From assembly GCA_965198175.1 (NCBI GenBank), contig OZ240245.1, forward strand, positions 832,001-896,000: DNA of 64,000 nt, read 5' to 3'. The notes under the pieces are model-generated. The model made no database searches. It saw only the letters and a program-made list of their open reading frames with translations, and was not told the DNA's origin. Position numbers and translations under genes: made by a program. This DNA is from Candidatus Poribacteria bacterium. GTDB taxonomy: Bacteria; Poribacteria; WGA-4E; PCPOR2b. Below are positions 38,793-47,953 of this stretch, piece after piece (positions within the stretch are counted from its first letter, which is position 1; each line of letters begins with the position of its first letter).

Positions 38793-41024
38793 CTACTTGA
38801 CAATCACCATCCGCCGTAGCGCGGTGTAATCACCCGCACGGAGTTGATAGTAATAGGTGCCGCTTGTGACAAGTTCTCCGTTTTGGTTACGACCGTCCCA
38901 ATACGCGGCTTTTGCTTTATCTCGGTAGACTCCCGATATCTGACGTCCAATGTCGAGGGGGCGGACGATATGGCCGCTCTGGTCATAAATGGTCAAGGTC
39001 ACGAGTGCATCGTTTGCCAACTGATACGGTATCCAGGTTTCGGGGTTGAACGGATTAGGATAATTTTGCAGCAACGCTGTTCGTTTGATGTTTCCGAGGG
39101 TCGTGGTGCGCCTTTCCAACGGTTTCACCCCAACCCCAACTCCGGTTGAAGTGGTAAGTTCCCACAGCAATACGGTGCCGTCCCAACTCCCACTTGCGAT
39201 AGTGCGTCCATCGGGATTGAACGCAACGCTCTGGACCCCCTTCGTATGCCCGGTGAGCGTGCGCAGGTGTTCTCCTGTATCGGCGTCCCAGAGACGGATG
39301 GTATCGTCCCAACTCCCCCCACTTGCGATAGTGCGTCCATCGGGACTGAACGCAACGCTCGAAACCCAATCCGTGTGCCCGGTGAGCGTTCGCCGGTGTA
39401 TTCCCGTATCGGCGTCCCAGAGACGGATGGTACCGCCCCAACTCCCCCCACTTGCGAGTGTGCGTCCATCGGGACTGAACGCAACGCTCGTGACCCAATC
39501 CGTATGCCCGGTGAGCGTTCGCAGCTGTTTTCCGGTATCGGCGTCCCAGAGACGGATGGTATTGTCCAATCTCGCACCACTTGCGAGTGTGCGTCCATCG
39601 GGGCTGAACGCAACGCTGTAGACTCCAGACGTATGCCCGTTGAGCGTTCGCCGGTGTTTTCCCGTATCGGCGTCCCATAGACGGATGGTACCGCCCCAAC
39701 TCCCCCCACTTGCGAGTGTGCGTCCATCGGGACTGAACGCAACGCTCGTGACCCAATCCGTATGCCCGGTGAGCGTTCGCAGCTGTTTTCCGGTATCGGC
39801 GTCCCAGAGACGGATGGTATTGTCCAATCTCGCACCACTTGCGAGTGTGCGTCCATCGGGGCTGAACGCAACGCTGTAGACTCCAGACGTATGCCCGTTG
39901 AGCGTTCGCCGGTGTTTTCCCGTATAGGCGTCCCAGAGACGGATGGTATTGTCCCAACTCCCCCCACTTGCGAGTGTGCGTCCATCGGGACTGAACGCAA
40001 CGCTATAGACTCCAGACGCATGCCCGTTGAGCGTTCGCAGGTGTTCTCCCGTGTAGGCGTCCCACAATTGGATACTGTCCCCACCCCCACTTGCGAGTGT
40101 GTCGCCATCGGGACTGAACGCAACGCTATAGACTCCATACGTATGCCCGTTGAGCGTTCGCCGGTGTATTCCCGTATCGGTGTCCCACAGACGGATGGTA
40201 CGGTCCCCACTCCCACTGGCAAGCGTGCGTCCATCGGGACTGAATGCCACGGTATCGACCGAACCCCTATGCCCGGTGACTGTTCGCCGGTGTATTCCCG
40301 TATCTACGTCCCACAGACGGATGGTAGCGTCCCCACTCCCACTTGCGATGGTGTGTCCATCGGGACTGAACGCCACGCTCCAGACCGATTTCGTATGCCC
40401 GGTGAGCGTTTGCAGGTGACTTCCCGTATCGGCGTTCCACAGGCGGATGGTACCGTCCTCACTCCCAGTAGCGATGGTATGTCCATGGGGACTGAACGCC
40501 ACGCTATTGACCGTACCCGTATGCCCGGTGAGCGTTTGCAGGTGTTGTCCCGTATTAGCGTCCCACAGTCGGATGGTAGCATCCTCACTCCCACTTGCGA
40601 TGGTGTGTCCATCGGGACTGAAGGCAACGCTATTGAGCGGCCCCGCATGCCCCTTGAGAGTTTGCAGGTGTTTGCCCGTATCGGCGTCCCACAAACGGAC
40701 GGTACGGTCCTGACTCCCACTTGCAATGGTGTCTCCATCAGGACTGAACGCAACGCTCAAGACCAGACCCGTATCCCCGGTGAGCAGGGCGACCTCTTGA
40801 TGGGTCGCGGTATCGTAAAGCCAAATGCCAATACTACTAGCGACCGCAAGTCGGGTGCCGTCGGGCGAATACTGTATTTCACTTATCCTACCTTTACCGA
40901 GGCGCGCTTTGGCGCCTTCGGGTAGACTCCATTGCGGAGAATCTTGTGCGAAGGCGTTCGGTAAAAACACGAGCGTTGCAAAAGTGAGTAGTGTGAGTGT
41001 TAAACACAATGTCGTTTTCATCAA
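38793..41024 (-). CDS. Secreted WD40-FlgD_Ig protein (paralog 3)
   Basis: Same architecture; AGGAGG RBS; start at 41024 or 41021; internal 258-bp tandem duplication. Confidence 0.93.
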   Translation of the reverse strand: MMKTTLCLTLTLLTFATLVFLPNAFAQDSPQWSLPEGAKARLGKGRISEIQYSPDGTRLAVASSIGIWLYDTATHQEVALLTGDTGLVLSVAFSPDGDTIASGSQDRTVRLWDADTGKHLQTLKGHAGPLNSVAFSPDGHTIASGSEDATIRLWDANTGQHLQTLTGHTGTVNSVAFSPHGHTIATGSEDGTIRLWNADTGSHLQTLTGHTKSVWSVAFSPDGHTIASGSGDATIRLWDVDTGIHRRTVTGHRGSVDTVAFSPDGRTLASGSGDRTIRLWDTDTGIHRRTLNGHTYGVYSVAFSPDGDTLASGGGDSIQLWDAYTGEHLRTLNGHASGVYSVAFSPDGRTLASGGSWDNTIRLWDAYTGKHRRTLNGHTSGVYSVAFSPDGRTLASGARLDNTIRLWDADTGKQLRTLTGHTDWVTSVAFSPDGRTLASGGSWGGTIRLWDADTGKHRRTLNGHTSGVYSVAFSPDGRTLASGARLDNTIRLWDADTGKQLRTLTGHTDWVTSVAFSPDGRTLASGGSWGGTIRLWDADTGIHRRTLTGHTDWVSSVAFSPDGRTIASGGSWDDTIRLWDADTGEHLRTLTGHTKGVQSVAFNPDGRTIASGSWDGTVLLWELTTSTGVGVGVKPLERRTTTLGNIKRTALLQNYPNPFNPETWIPYQLANDALVTLTIYDQSGHIVRPLDIGRQISGVYRDKAKAAYWDGRNQNGELVTSGTYYYQLRAGDYTALRRMVIVK
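39421..39925. repeat. Near-exact 258-bp tandem duplication (two WD40 blades)
   Basis: ACGGATGGTACCGCCCC occurs at 39423 and 39681; the two copies match by eye across about 245 bp. Confidence 0.9.
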
Positions 41025-41137
41025 TTGGTCCTCCTTTGCCAGCGGGTAGCTTATCCATCTTTACGTGATTACCCTCTTGCAAGGAAATCTAGGTGGCGAA
41101 ACTAAATCAGGTTCTTCGAGATGTTCACTTTAGCGGG

Positions 41138-41153
41138 GCAAATTATGTGCCAA
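41138..41153 (-). promoter_or_regulatory. Sigma-54 (-24/-12) promoter for WD40 paralog 3
   Basis: Minus strand TTGGCACATAATTTGC, GG-N10-GC. Confidence 0.75.
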
Positions 41154-41243
41154 CAGATAATCCACTTCAATTTTGGCACCGGTAAGCCTGTTGTATTGAG
41201 GCGTACGGATAGTTTGAGATTTTTCATTGAGAGAGTCGGTCCT

Positions 41244-41259
41244 TGCACCAAACGGTGCA
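41244..41259. promoter_or_regulatory. Candidate enhancer-binding-protein site
   Basis: Palindrome TGCACC-AAAC-GGTGCA about 90 bp upstream of the sigma-54 site; conserved in the second copy at 44646. Confidence 0.55.
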
Positions 41260-41368
41260 GTTTGAACCAACCCTTGCCCTGTTTCGTGCATCTGCCGATA
41301 TATCGGGTTTATTGAGACAATCAGCCTCTTGGTTCAGCCAATTATCTGCATGAGATTTTGCGGAGCGT

Positions 41369-42103
41369 TTACCTACGTTTTCCCTGCGCGGTTTTTGTCA
41401 TTCCCCATAGCGTCAGTAACCGTGTCGTTGGAGAAACCGCCAATCGCCCCGGTGACCATGCAGCCACTTCATCAAGAGCCGGGTTTTGGGTGAGATTAAT
41501 CGGATTTCCGCCGTCAGCGTCCATGACATAAATCTCTAGATTCCCATCAATCGCTATGTTCCCATTGCGATCCGAACAAAAGGCAATTTTCGTCCCATCC
41601 GGAGACCAGCAAGGAACGACGTCCCATCCAGGTTCTCTGGTAAGCCGGATGGGATTGCCACCATCAGCGTCCATGACATAAATTTCAAAGTTCCCATCGC
41701 GCTCCGAATAAAAGGCAATTTTCGTCCCATCGGGAGACCAACGAGGCGCCGTGTCTGTTTCGGGTTCTCTGGTAAGCCGGATGGGATTGCCACCGTCAGC
41801 GTCCATGACGTAGATCTCAGAGTTCCATTTCTCCTTGCGATCTGATATAAAAGCAATCTTGTTCCCATCTGGAGACCAGTCGGGGACGGAATCGTATGAT
41901 GTGGGATTATTCGTAAGATTGCGGGGTTGAGACCCATCTGCCATCATTACAAAGATATCTTGATCCCCAGGGCTGTCCCGGTCCGAAGAAAAGGCAATAA
42001 ATGAGTCGATCGATTGCGCTGGATTAGCCGACATGAGGACAAAGCCCATTGTCACCATGAAACTGCGCGGATGCAGGATTCGGTTCAAGTGTAGGAATTT
42101 CAT
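41369..42103 (-). CDS. Secreted TolB-like PD40-repeat protein
   Basis: Repeats P.WSPDG.KIAF.S.RDGN.EIYVMDADGGNP; C-terminal LAVSPTTRLLTLWGMTK. Confidence 0.9.
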   Translation of the reverse strand: MKFLHLNRILHPRSFMVTMGFVLMSANPAQSIDSFIAFSSDRDSPGDQDIFVMMADGSQPRNLTNNPTSYDSVPDWSPDGNKIAFISDRKEKWNSEIYVMDADGGNPIRLTREPETDTAPRWSPDGTKIAFYSERDGNFEIYVMDADGGNPIRLTREPGWDVVPCWSPDGTKIAFCSDRNGNIAIDGNLEIYVMDADGGNPINLTQNPALDEVAAWSPGRLAVSPTTRLLTLWGMTKTAQGKRR

Positions 42104-42186
42104 GAGCTATCCCGCCTTCTAAGAATTCATCTTTAGATTATGATAGACGTTCTGCTTTCTCGGTTTCTCACCCCAATTGCGTAGTG

Positions 42187-44436
42187 CTACTTGACAATCA
42201 CCATCCGCCGTAACGCGGTGTAATCACCCGCACGGAGTTGATAGTAATAGGTGCCGCTTGTGACGGGTTCTCCGTTTTGGTTACGCCCGTCCCAATACGC
42301 TGCTTTTGCTTTATCTCGGTAGACGCCCGACTTTTGACGTCCAATGTTGAGGGTACGGACGATATGACCGCTCTGGTCATAGATGCTCAAGGTCACGAGT
42401 GCATCTTTTTCCAACTGATACGGTATCCAGGTTTCGGGGTTGAACGGATTAGGATAATTTTGCAGCAACGCTGTTCGTTTGATGTTTCCGAGGGTCGTGG
42501 TGCGCCTTTCCGACGGTTCCACCCCAATCCCAACACCGGTTGATGCGGTAATTTCCCACAGCAACACGGTGCCGTCCCAACTTGCACTCGCGAGGGTGTC
42601 ATCATCATCGTTGAAAGCGACACTACTGACCGACCTCGCATGCCCGGTGAGTGTTCGCAGGTGGTTGCCTGTGGCAACGTCCCACAGGTGAATCTCTTTC
42701 GAGCTTCCTCCAGCGAGCGTGTCGCCATCCGCGCTGAAGGCGAGGCTACTGACCCCATTCGTGTGCCCGTTGAGCATTCGCAGGCGGTCGCCCGCAGTAG
42801 TGTCCCACAGAAAAATCTCTTTCGAGTTTCCACTAGCGAGCGTTGCACCGTCAGGACTGAAAGCGACGTTACCGACGGCGCCCGTATGCCCTTCGAGCGT
42901 TTTTAACTGCTTGCCCGTGGCAGCGTTCCACAGGCGGATGAGACTGTCTCTACCCGCACTGGCAACAGTGCGCGCATCCGGGTGGAATGCGACACTATTG
43001 ACAGAACCCGTATGCTCGTCGAACATAAACAAGTGGTTACCCGTGGCGGTGTTCCACAGCCGCGCCCTACTGTCATAACCTCCGCTAACGATTTTGTCAC
43101 CATCCGGGCTGAAGGCGACGCTATGGACGCTCAAGCTATGTCCGCTGAGCGTTCGCAGGTGTTCGCCAGCCGCAATGTCTAACAGCCGTACAGTACTGTC
43201 ATCACTACCGCTAGCGATCGTTGTGCCATCTGAGCTGAAAGCGAGGCTATTGATAGAAACGCTATGCGCCTTGAGGGTACGCAGGTGTTGGCGAGACGAA
43301 ACATCCCACAGCCGCACGGTTCCGACATTGCTCCCAGTAGCAAGCGTTGCGCCGTCAGGGCTGAGTGCGACGCTCCTGAGCGAACTCGTATGCCCGTTGA
43401 GCGTTCGAAGGTGGTTGCCCGAGGCAACGTCCCACATCCGGATGGTTCCGTTCCGACTGTGACTGGTGATCGTACGCCCATCAGGACTGAACGTAACGCT
43501 ATTGACCCAACTTGTATGCCCGTTGAGCGTTCGTACGTGTTCGCCTGTGGCAGTGTCCCACAGATGAATTTCTTCCCAGCTCCCACTGGCAAGCGTTGAG
43601 TCATCCGGGCTGAATGCGACGCCATTGACCCCATGTCTGTGCGGTTCGATCGTTTGCAGTAGTTTGCCCGTGGCAGTGTCCCACAGATCAATCTTAAAAA
43701 AGTCCGCACTGGCGAGCATTGCACCATCCGGGCTGAATTTAAGGCTATCGACAATACCATAATGCCCGTTGAGTGTGTGCAGGAGTTCGCCCGTGACAGC
43801 GTTCCACATCCGGACGGAATCGTCCCAACCCCCGCTTGCGACAGTGTGTCCATTTGGACTAAACGCAACGATTTCAACGATACTAGAATGCCCGCTGAGC
43901 GTGTGGAGGAGATCGCCCGTGGCAGCGTCCCATAGACGGATGGTATCTCCCCAAGCCCCGCCGCCGGTATCGTCCCAACTCATACTACTTGCTATGGTGC
44001 GCCCATCGGGTCTGAACGTAACGCTTTCGACCGAATCCGATACGGTGATGGTACGCAGGAGTTCGCCCGTATCGGTGTCCCAGAATTGGATAGTGTCTTT
44101 GTTCCCGCTGGCGATGGTGCGACCATCGGGACTGAACGCAACGCTTCCTGCCGAACTCGTCTGCGCAGAGAGCAGGGCAACCTCTTGATTGGTCGCTGTA
44201 TCGTAGAGCCAAATACCGATACCGCTAGCCACCGCAAGGCGGGTGCCGTCGGGCGAATACTGTATTTCATTTATCACACCTTTACCGAGGCGCGCTTTAG
44301 CGCCATCGGGCAGACTCCATTGTGGAGAATCTTGGGCGACGCTGTTTGATACAAATGTGACCGTTACAAATACGAGTAGTATGAATCTTACAGATAGTGC
44401 CGTTTTCATGAGTTGGTTTTTCTTGTCTCGTTGCAT
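42187..44436 (-). CDS. Secreted WD40-FlgD_Ig protein (paralog 4, more diverged blades)
   Basis: Same N-cap and tail as the other paralogs; GAGGAG RBS. Confidence 0.93.
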   Translation of the reverse strand: MQRDKKNQLMKTALSVRFILLVFVTVTFVSNSVAQDSPQWSLPDGAKARLGKGVINEIQYSPDGTRLAVASGIGIWLYDTATNQEVALLSAQTSSAGSVAFSPDGRTIASGNKDTIQFWDTDTGELLRTITVSDSVESVTFRPDGRTIASSMSWDDTGGGAWGDTIRLWDAATGDLLHTLSGHSSIVEIVAFSPNGHTVASGGWDDSVRMWNAVTGELLHTLNGHYGIVDSLKFSPDGAMLASADFFKIDLWDTATGKLLQTIEPHRHGVNGVAFSPDDSTLASGSWEEIHLWDTATGEHVRTLNGHTSWVNSVTFSPDGRTITSHSRNGTIRMWDVASGNHLRTLNGHTSSLRSVALSPDGATLATGSNVGTVRLWDVSSRQHLRTLKAHSVSINSLAFSSDGTTIASGSDDSTVRLLDIAAGEHLRTLSGHSLSVHSVAFSPDGDKIVSGGYDSRARLWNTATGNHLFMFDEHTGSVNSVAFHPDARTVASAGRDSLIRLWNAATGKQLKTLEGHTGAVGNVAFSPDGATLASGNSKEIFLWDTTAGDRLRMLNGHTNGVSSLAFSADGDTLAGGSSKEIHLWDVATGNHLRTLTGHARSVSSVAFNDDDDTLASASWDGTVLLWEITASTGVGIGVEPSERRTTTLGNIKRTALLQNYPNPFNPETWIPYQLEKDALVTLSIYDQSGHIVRTLNIGRQKSGVYRDKAKAAYWDGRNQNGEPVTSGTYYYQLRAGDYTALRRMVIVK

Positions 44437-44532
44437 TGTCTCGCTCCTCTTTAATCATCACGCGAATACTAACTTACGAGAATTCTAGTTTACGAAACTA
44501 AATCAGGTTCTTCGAGGTGATTAAACGGACAC

Positions 44533-44548
44533 GCAAAATACGTGCCAA
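44533..44548 (-). promoter_or_regulatory. Sigma-54 promoter for WD40 paralog 4
   Basis: Minus strand TTGGCACGTATTTTGC, near-consensus. Confidence 0.8.
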
Positions 44549-44645
44549 CGGATACACCACTTCAATTTTCGGCGCGGTAAGCCTGTTTCATTCAGCCGTA
44601 CGCACAGTTTGAGATTTTTCATTTAGAGATTAGAGATTCGGTCCT

Positions 44646-44661
44646 TGCACCGAACGGTGCA
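44646..44661. promoter_or_regulatory. Candidate enhancer-binding-protein site
   Basis: TGCACC-GAAC-GGTGCA. Confidence 0.55.
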
Positions 44662-44786
44662 GTTTGAACGAAAATTTGTTCTGTTTCGTGCATCGCCCAA
44701 CATCTCAGGTTGTTTAAGACAACCCTTTTTTTATTCAGCAATACTCGGTTTCCGTTGCGCGCACTCCTAACATGAGCCAAGGATTA

Positions 44787-46850
44787 TTAAAACGCGACCA
44801 TAACGCCCAATGTCGGCAGAATCGGCAACAGCGGCTCTTCGTCAATCTCGCATCTGAGCAGCACATCCGTTTCATCGTCTCGCACCTCACTGAACGCATA
44901 TTGGTCAAGGTTAGATCGATTGTACAAATTTAAGATCTGGAAATACCAAGTGAGTTCCCACCGGCTGTACGGATTTCGATCCGTAAACCGAAAATCGAGG
45001 CTGTGGTACGGTGGCAGCCGCTCTGAATGCGTCGCCCCAAACTGTCGGTCACATACGATTCCTCCTCCCGGCTGCGAAACCAGCGTATGCGTCAACGGCG
45101 TTCCCGGTTCACCGGAATGGAAACGCCAAGTGAGGTAGAGATGCCGCCCGTGTGAAAGTTGATGGCTGCTGCTGACAGCGACAGAATGCCGCCGGTCAGA
45201 CTGTCGAAAAAATGTCTCGCCTCCTGCACTTTCTTTGGCAACCGCGTATGCATAGCCGATTCCCCACGTTAACCGATTTGAAACCACATGCGTCACGAAG
45301 ACATCTACCCCTTTTGCTTCCCCGGATTCCGGGGGCGTGAAAATCTGGGTCTGTCGTCCAAATTCCCTGAGCCGCCCAGTAAGATTGTCCAGTGTTTTGT
45401 AATACGATTCCAAACGGAACAAGAATTTGTCGCTTGGACGGTATTCACCACCGAGAATGTAATGAACCGCCTGTTCAGCGCGCCCGACGGTCTGTACACT
45501 ATCCTCGACAGGGATATTCATCATAAGGATGGGTTGGTGATAGAATCCCCACGCCCCGCGCAACACTAGTTTCTCTGTTGGGCGTACCGCAAGTGCCACT
45601 CGAGGCCCAAGTTCATAGTTTTGGATACCGGCGGCACGATAGTCTTGGAACAGATACCGCCCCCCAAAATTGAGCGCGAGCTTCGGATGGAGCTGCCACT
45701 CGTCTTGAATGTACGCCTTGAATTCGCCGCCACTGCCTTCAAGGTCCGCAACGACTCGTGCGTACGTGTCCACTCCAGACTGCCGCTCCCGGACATCGTA
45801 ATCGTATTGCGCCGCCATCCAACGCCATTCTATTCCGCTGCGTAATTGATGTTTATCCAGAAAACCGGCTGTTAATTCAGTTTTTGCACCCAAGAAACGG
45901 AACGAACGAACATCAAAGTCCGCCGTTCCAGTGCGCCGATCTTGGGCTGCACTCCCCCCAAAAACAAACACATCAGACCAGTTCGACGTGCCAAAGCGAT
46001 GCCGCCACCGTGTCCAAACGGTCAAATTGTCATAGCGCGAATCTAAATTATTTTCGAGGTCGCCTTGCCGAATCCGATTCTTATCCCATCCATAAAGCCC
46101 ATTGAGCGTGATCGTGTCCATCTGTGTCGGAGCATAGGTAAGTTTACCATAGACATCCGCGTATTGTGGCTTGTAGTCCTCATCGAGATCAATCAGTGCA
46201 AGAATCAGGTCAACGTAACCACGGCGTGCTGACAGGCGCCACGACCCTTTCTCTGATAAGGGTCCTTCCACCATGGCGGTTGCATTGATGAGATCAACTC
46301 CTAAATTGGCGGAAACTTTCTCGCTTTTCTCCGCCTTTGTTGTAATGTCAAACACACCGGACATTTTGTCTCCGTATTCCGCCGGGAAGCCGCCCATCAA
46401 CAATTCGATGCGCTGGATTAAATCTAGCCCAACCATTGAAACTGCACCTCCAAAGTCTTGCAGGTGGTACGGATTGAACAGTTCCATCCCGTCTAATCTC
46501 ACCAAAACGTCGTCCTTCTCCCCGCCGCGTACACTGAAACGGGCGCTGTAATCGCTCGCAACGACCCCTGGGAAAATATGTGCAGCCCGCATCACGTCAT
46601 TATCAACCAGCGGAAATCGCTCAATGAGCCGTTTTGAGAGTGATATCCTTGAAGGTGTCCCATCATCAATCGCAAACCGGCCCGGTGTCACCACAATTTC
46701 GTCGAGTTCAACAGGTTCTGCGTCACCCTGTGCTGAAACGATTGGATTGGATGTTTCCTCCGCTACAGCGTTACCGCAGCAAATCGGCAACAACTGATTG
46801 ATGATGCAGATTACGGCAAGAGCAATCTGCTTAAAATGTCGATTGAACAT
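44787..46850 (-). CDS. TonB-dependent receptor
   Basis: LDEIVVT TonB box, SVRGG, GGFPAEYG plug motifs, RLPPYHSLD, NLYNRSN, C-terminal F. Start MFNRHF after GAGGA. Confidence 0.9.
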   Translation of the reverse strand: MFNRHFKQIALAVICIINQLLPICCGNAVAEETSNPIVSAQGDAEPVELDEIVVTPGRFAIDDGTPSRISLSKRLIERFPLVDNDVMRAAHIFPGVVASDYSARFSVRGGEKDDVLVRLDGMELFNPYHLQDFGGAVSMVGLDLIQRIELLMGGFPAEYGDKMSGVFDITTKAEKSEKVSANLGVDLINATAMVEGPLSEKGSWRLSARRGYVDLILALIDLDEDYKPQYADVYGKLTYAPTQMDTITLNGLYGWDKNRIRQGDLENNLDSRYDNLTVWTRWRHRFGTSNWSDVFVFGGSAAQDRRTGTADFDVRSFRFLGAKTELTAGFLDKHQLRSGIEWRWMAAQYDYDVRERQSGVDTYARVVADLEGSGGEFKAYIQDEWQLHPKLALNFGGRYLFQDYRAAGIQNYELGPRVALAVRPTEKLVLRGAWGFYHQPILMMNIPVEDSVQTVGRAEQAVHYILGGEYRPSDKFLFRLESYYKTLDNLTGRLREFGRQTQIFTPPESGEAKGVDVFVTHVVSNRLTWGIGYAYAVAKESAGGETFFRQSDRRHSVAVSSSHQLSHGRHLYLTWRFHSGEPGTPLTHTLVSQPGGGIVCDRQFGATHSERLPPYHSLDFRFTDRNPYSRWELTWYFQILNLYNRSNLDQYAFSEVRDDETDVLLRCEIDEEPLLPILPTLGVMVAF

Positions 46851-47068
46851 GAATGTTCCTCTTTCCAACAACCCTAGGGTATGTAGACAACAATATCTGC
46901 TCGGCTTTGACATCAATCGCTTAAACGATGAATTTTTCGGCAGGTTTAGTCGTCATCCATCCACACGCATAACCTCTGTTTTCTTTTTCCGAAATAACAC
47001 TTGGTTACCTCCCGATGGTTTTTTGAGTCTAATTGCAAAAAGGATATGTCCACAACTATGTCAAAATT

Positions 47069-47163
47069 AATAAACGGAGAGATGCAGTGAGTGCGTTTTC
47101 CGGACAGTGGGGAAGCCGCTGCATCGCTCCGTATTTTCGCTCAAGGAGGGGACTTCCCCACGC
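47069..47163. other. Structured non-coding element, copy 2
   Basis: Interleaved inverted repeats ACGGAGAGATGCAG/CTGCATCGCTCCGT and GTGGGGAAG/CTTCCCCAC. Confidence 0.6.
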
Positions 47164-47323
47164 TCTATGAGGATTTACCGGGCTATTGTGCGAGAGATTC
47201 CTTGCAATACTAAAACCCAATGTCGGCGGGAATATCGCTGTCTAATCGTGCGCAAATCGCTCTAATCGAAATTTCCGCCCGCTCCATGAACCTGAACGAC
47301 TCTCCTAAATTCCCGGCGATTAA

Positions 47324-47452
47324 GAGCCTGTTTGAATAGTCCAAATCCCTCTTCAAGAGAGGCTATTCTGAGGTAAATGCCCTGTAAATTCGATGATTAT
47401 GATTTTCAAATGTTCAAACAACTGCTTTGCTACCTACTTTTCAAACAAGCTT
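47324..47452. mobile_element. 129-bp MITE, copy 1
   Basis: Terminal inverted repeats GAGCCTGTTTGAA...TTCAAACAAGCTT flanked by TAA on both sides; near-identical to 50484-50612. Confidence 0.8.
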
Positions 47453-47953
47453 TAAGAGGTAACACATGAAGGAGTTGCCATGAGGAACTCAAAAGGAATC
47501 CCAATACTCTTCGTCTGCCCCGATTAAAACCATCAGGAAGGACATTATTGAGGATTGAAATATGAAATTAGTGAGCCCCGTCGATACCCAACGCTTCAGA
47601 ATCGTATTCAACAGATCGCAAATTCCAAACCACATAACTCTCGACGCCGTCACAATGATAAACAGAAAACGTTGGGTACCGCAACCTCATAACAAGGTTC
47701 AAACAGAATCAACCCCCGAATCTCATTCAATCAACTGACGGATAGATTAAGTGACCGAATCGTGAGTGCGATAGTTCTTTATAGGAATCTCAGGCGATAG
47801 TCTTCCGAAAACTATCGCAGTCGCTATTCGCTCCTTCACCGCTCAACCCAACCTACGTGCTGATACGCTCAGTCGCATCTAATCATCTCGCTCGCAGCAA
47901 TTTCTGAAGCCAGTGTATAGAAAAACTCGGTTTATCACCCCACTTGTGTGATG

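Noticed and set aside
47069..47163. Cobalamin, c-di-GMP-II or Moco riboswitch, or hammerhead/HDV ribozyme
   Set aside because: Only short fragments such as GGGAAG resemble these; the full conserved cores are not evident, so it is reported as unknown.
47562..47738. 58-aa plus-strand ORF with GAGGA upstream
   Set aside because: No recognisable motif; lies among repeats; coding status cannot be supported.
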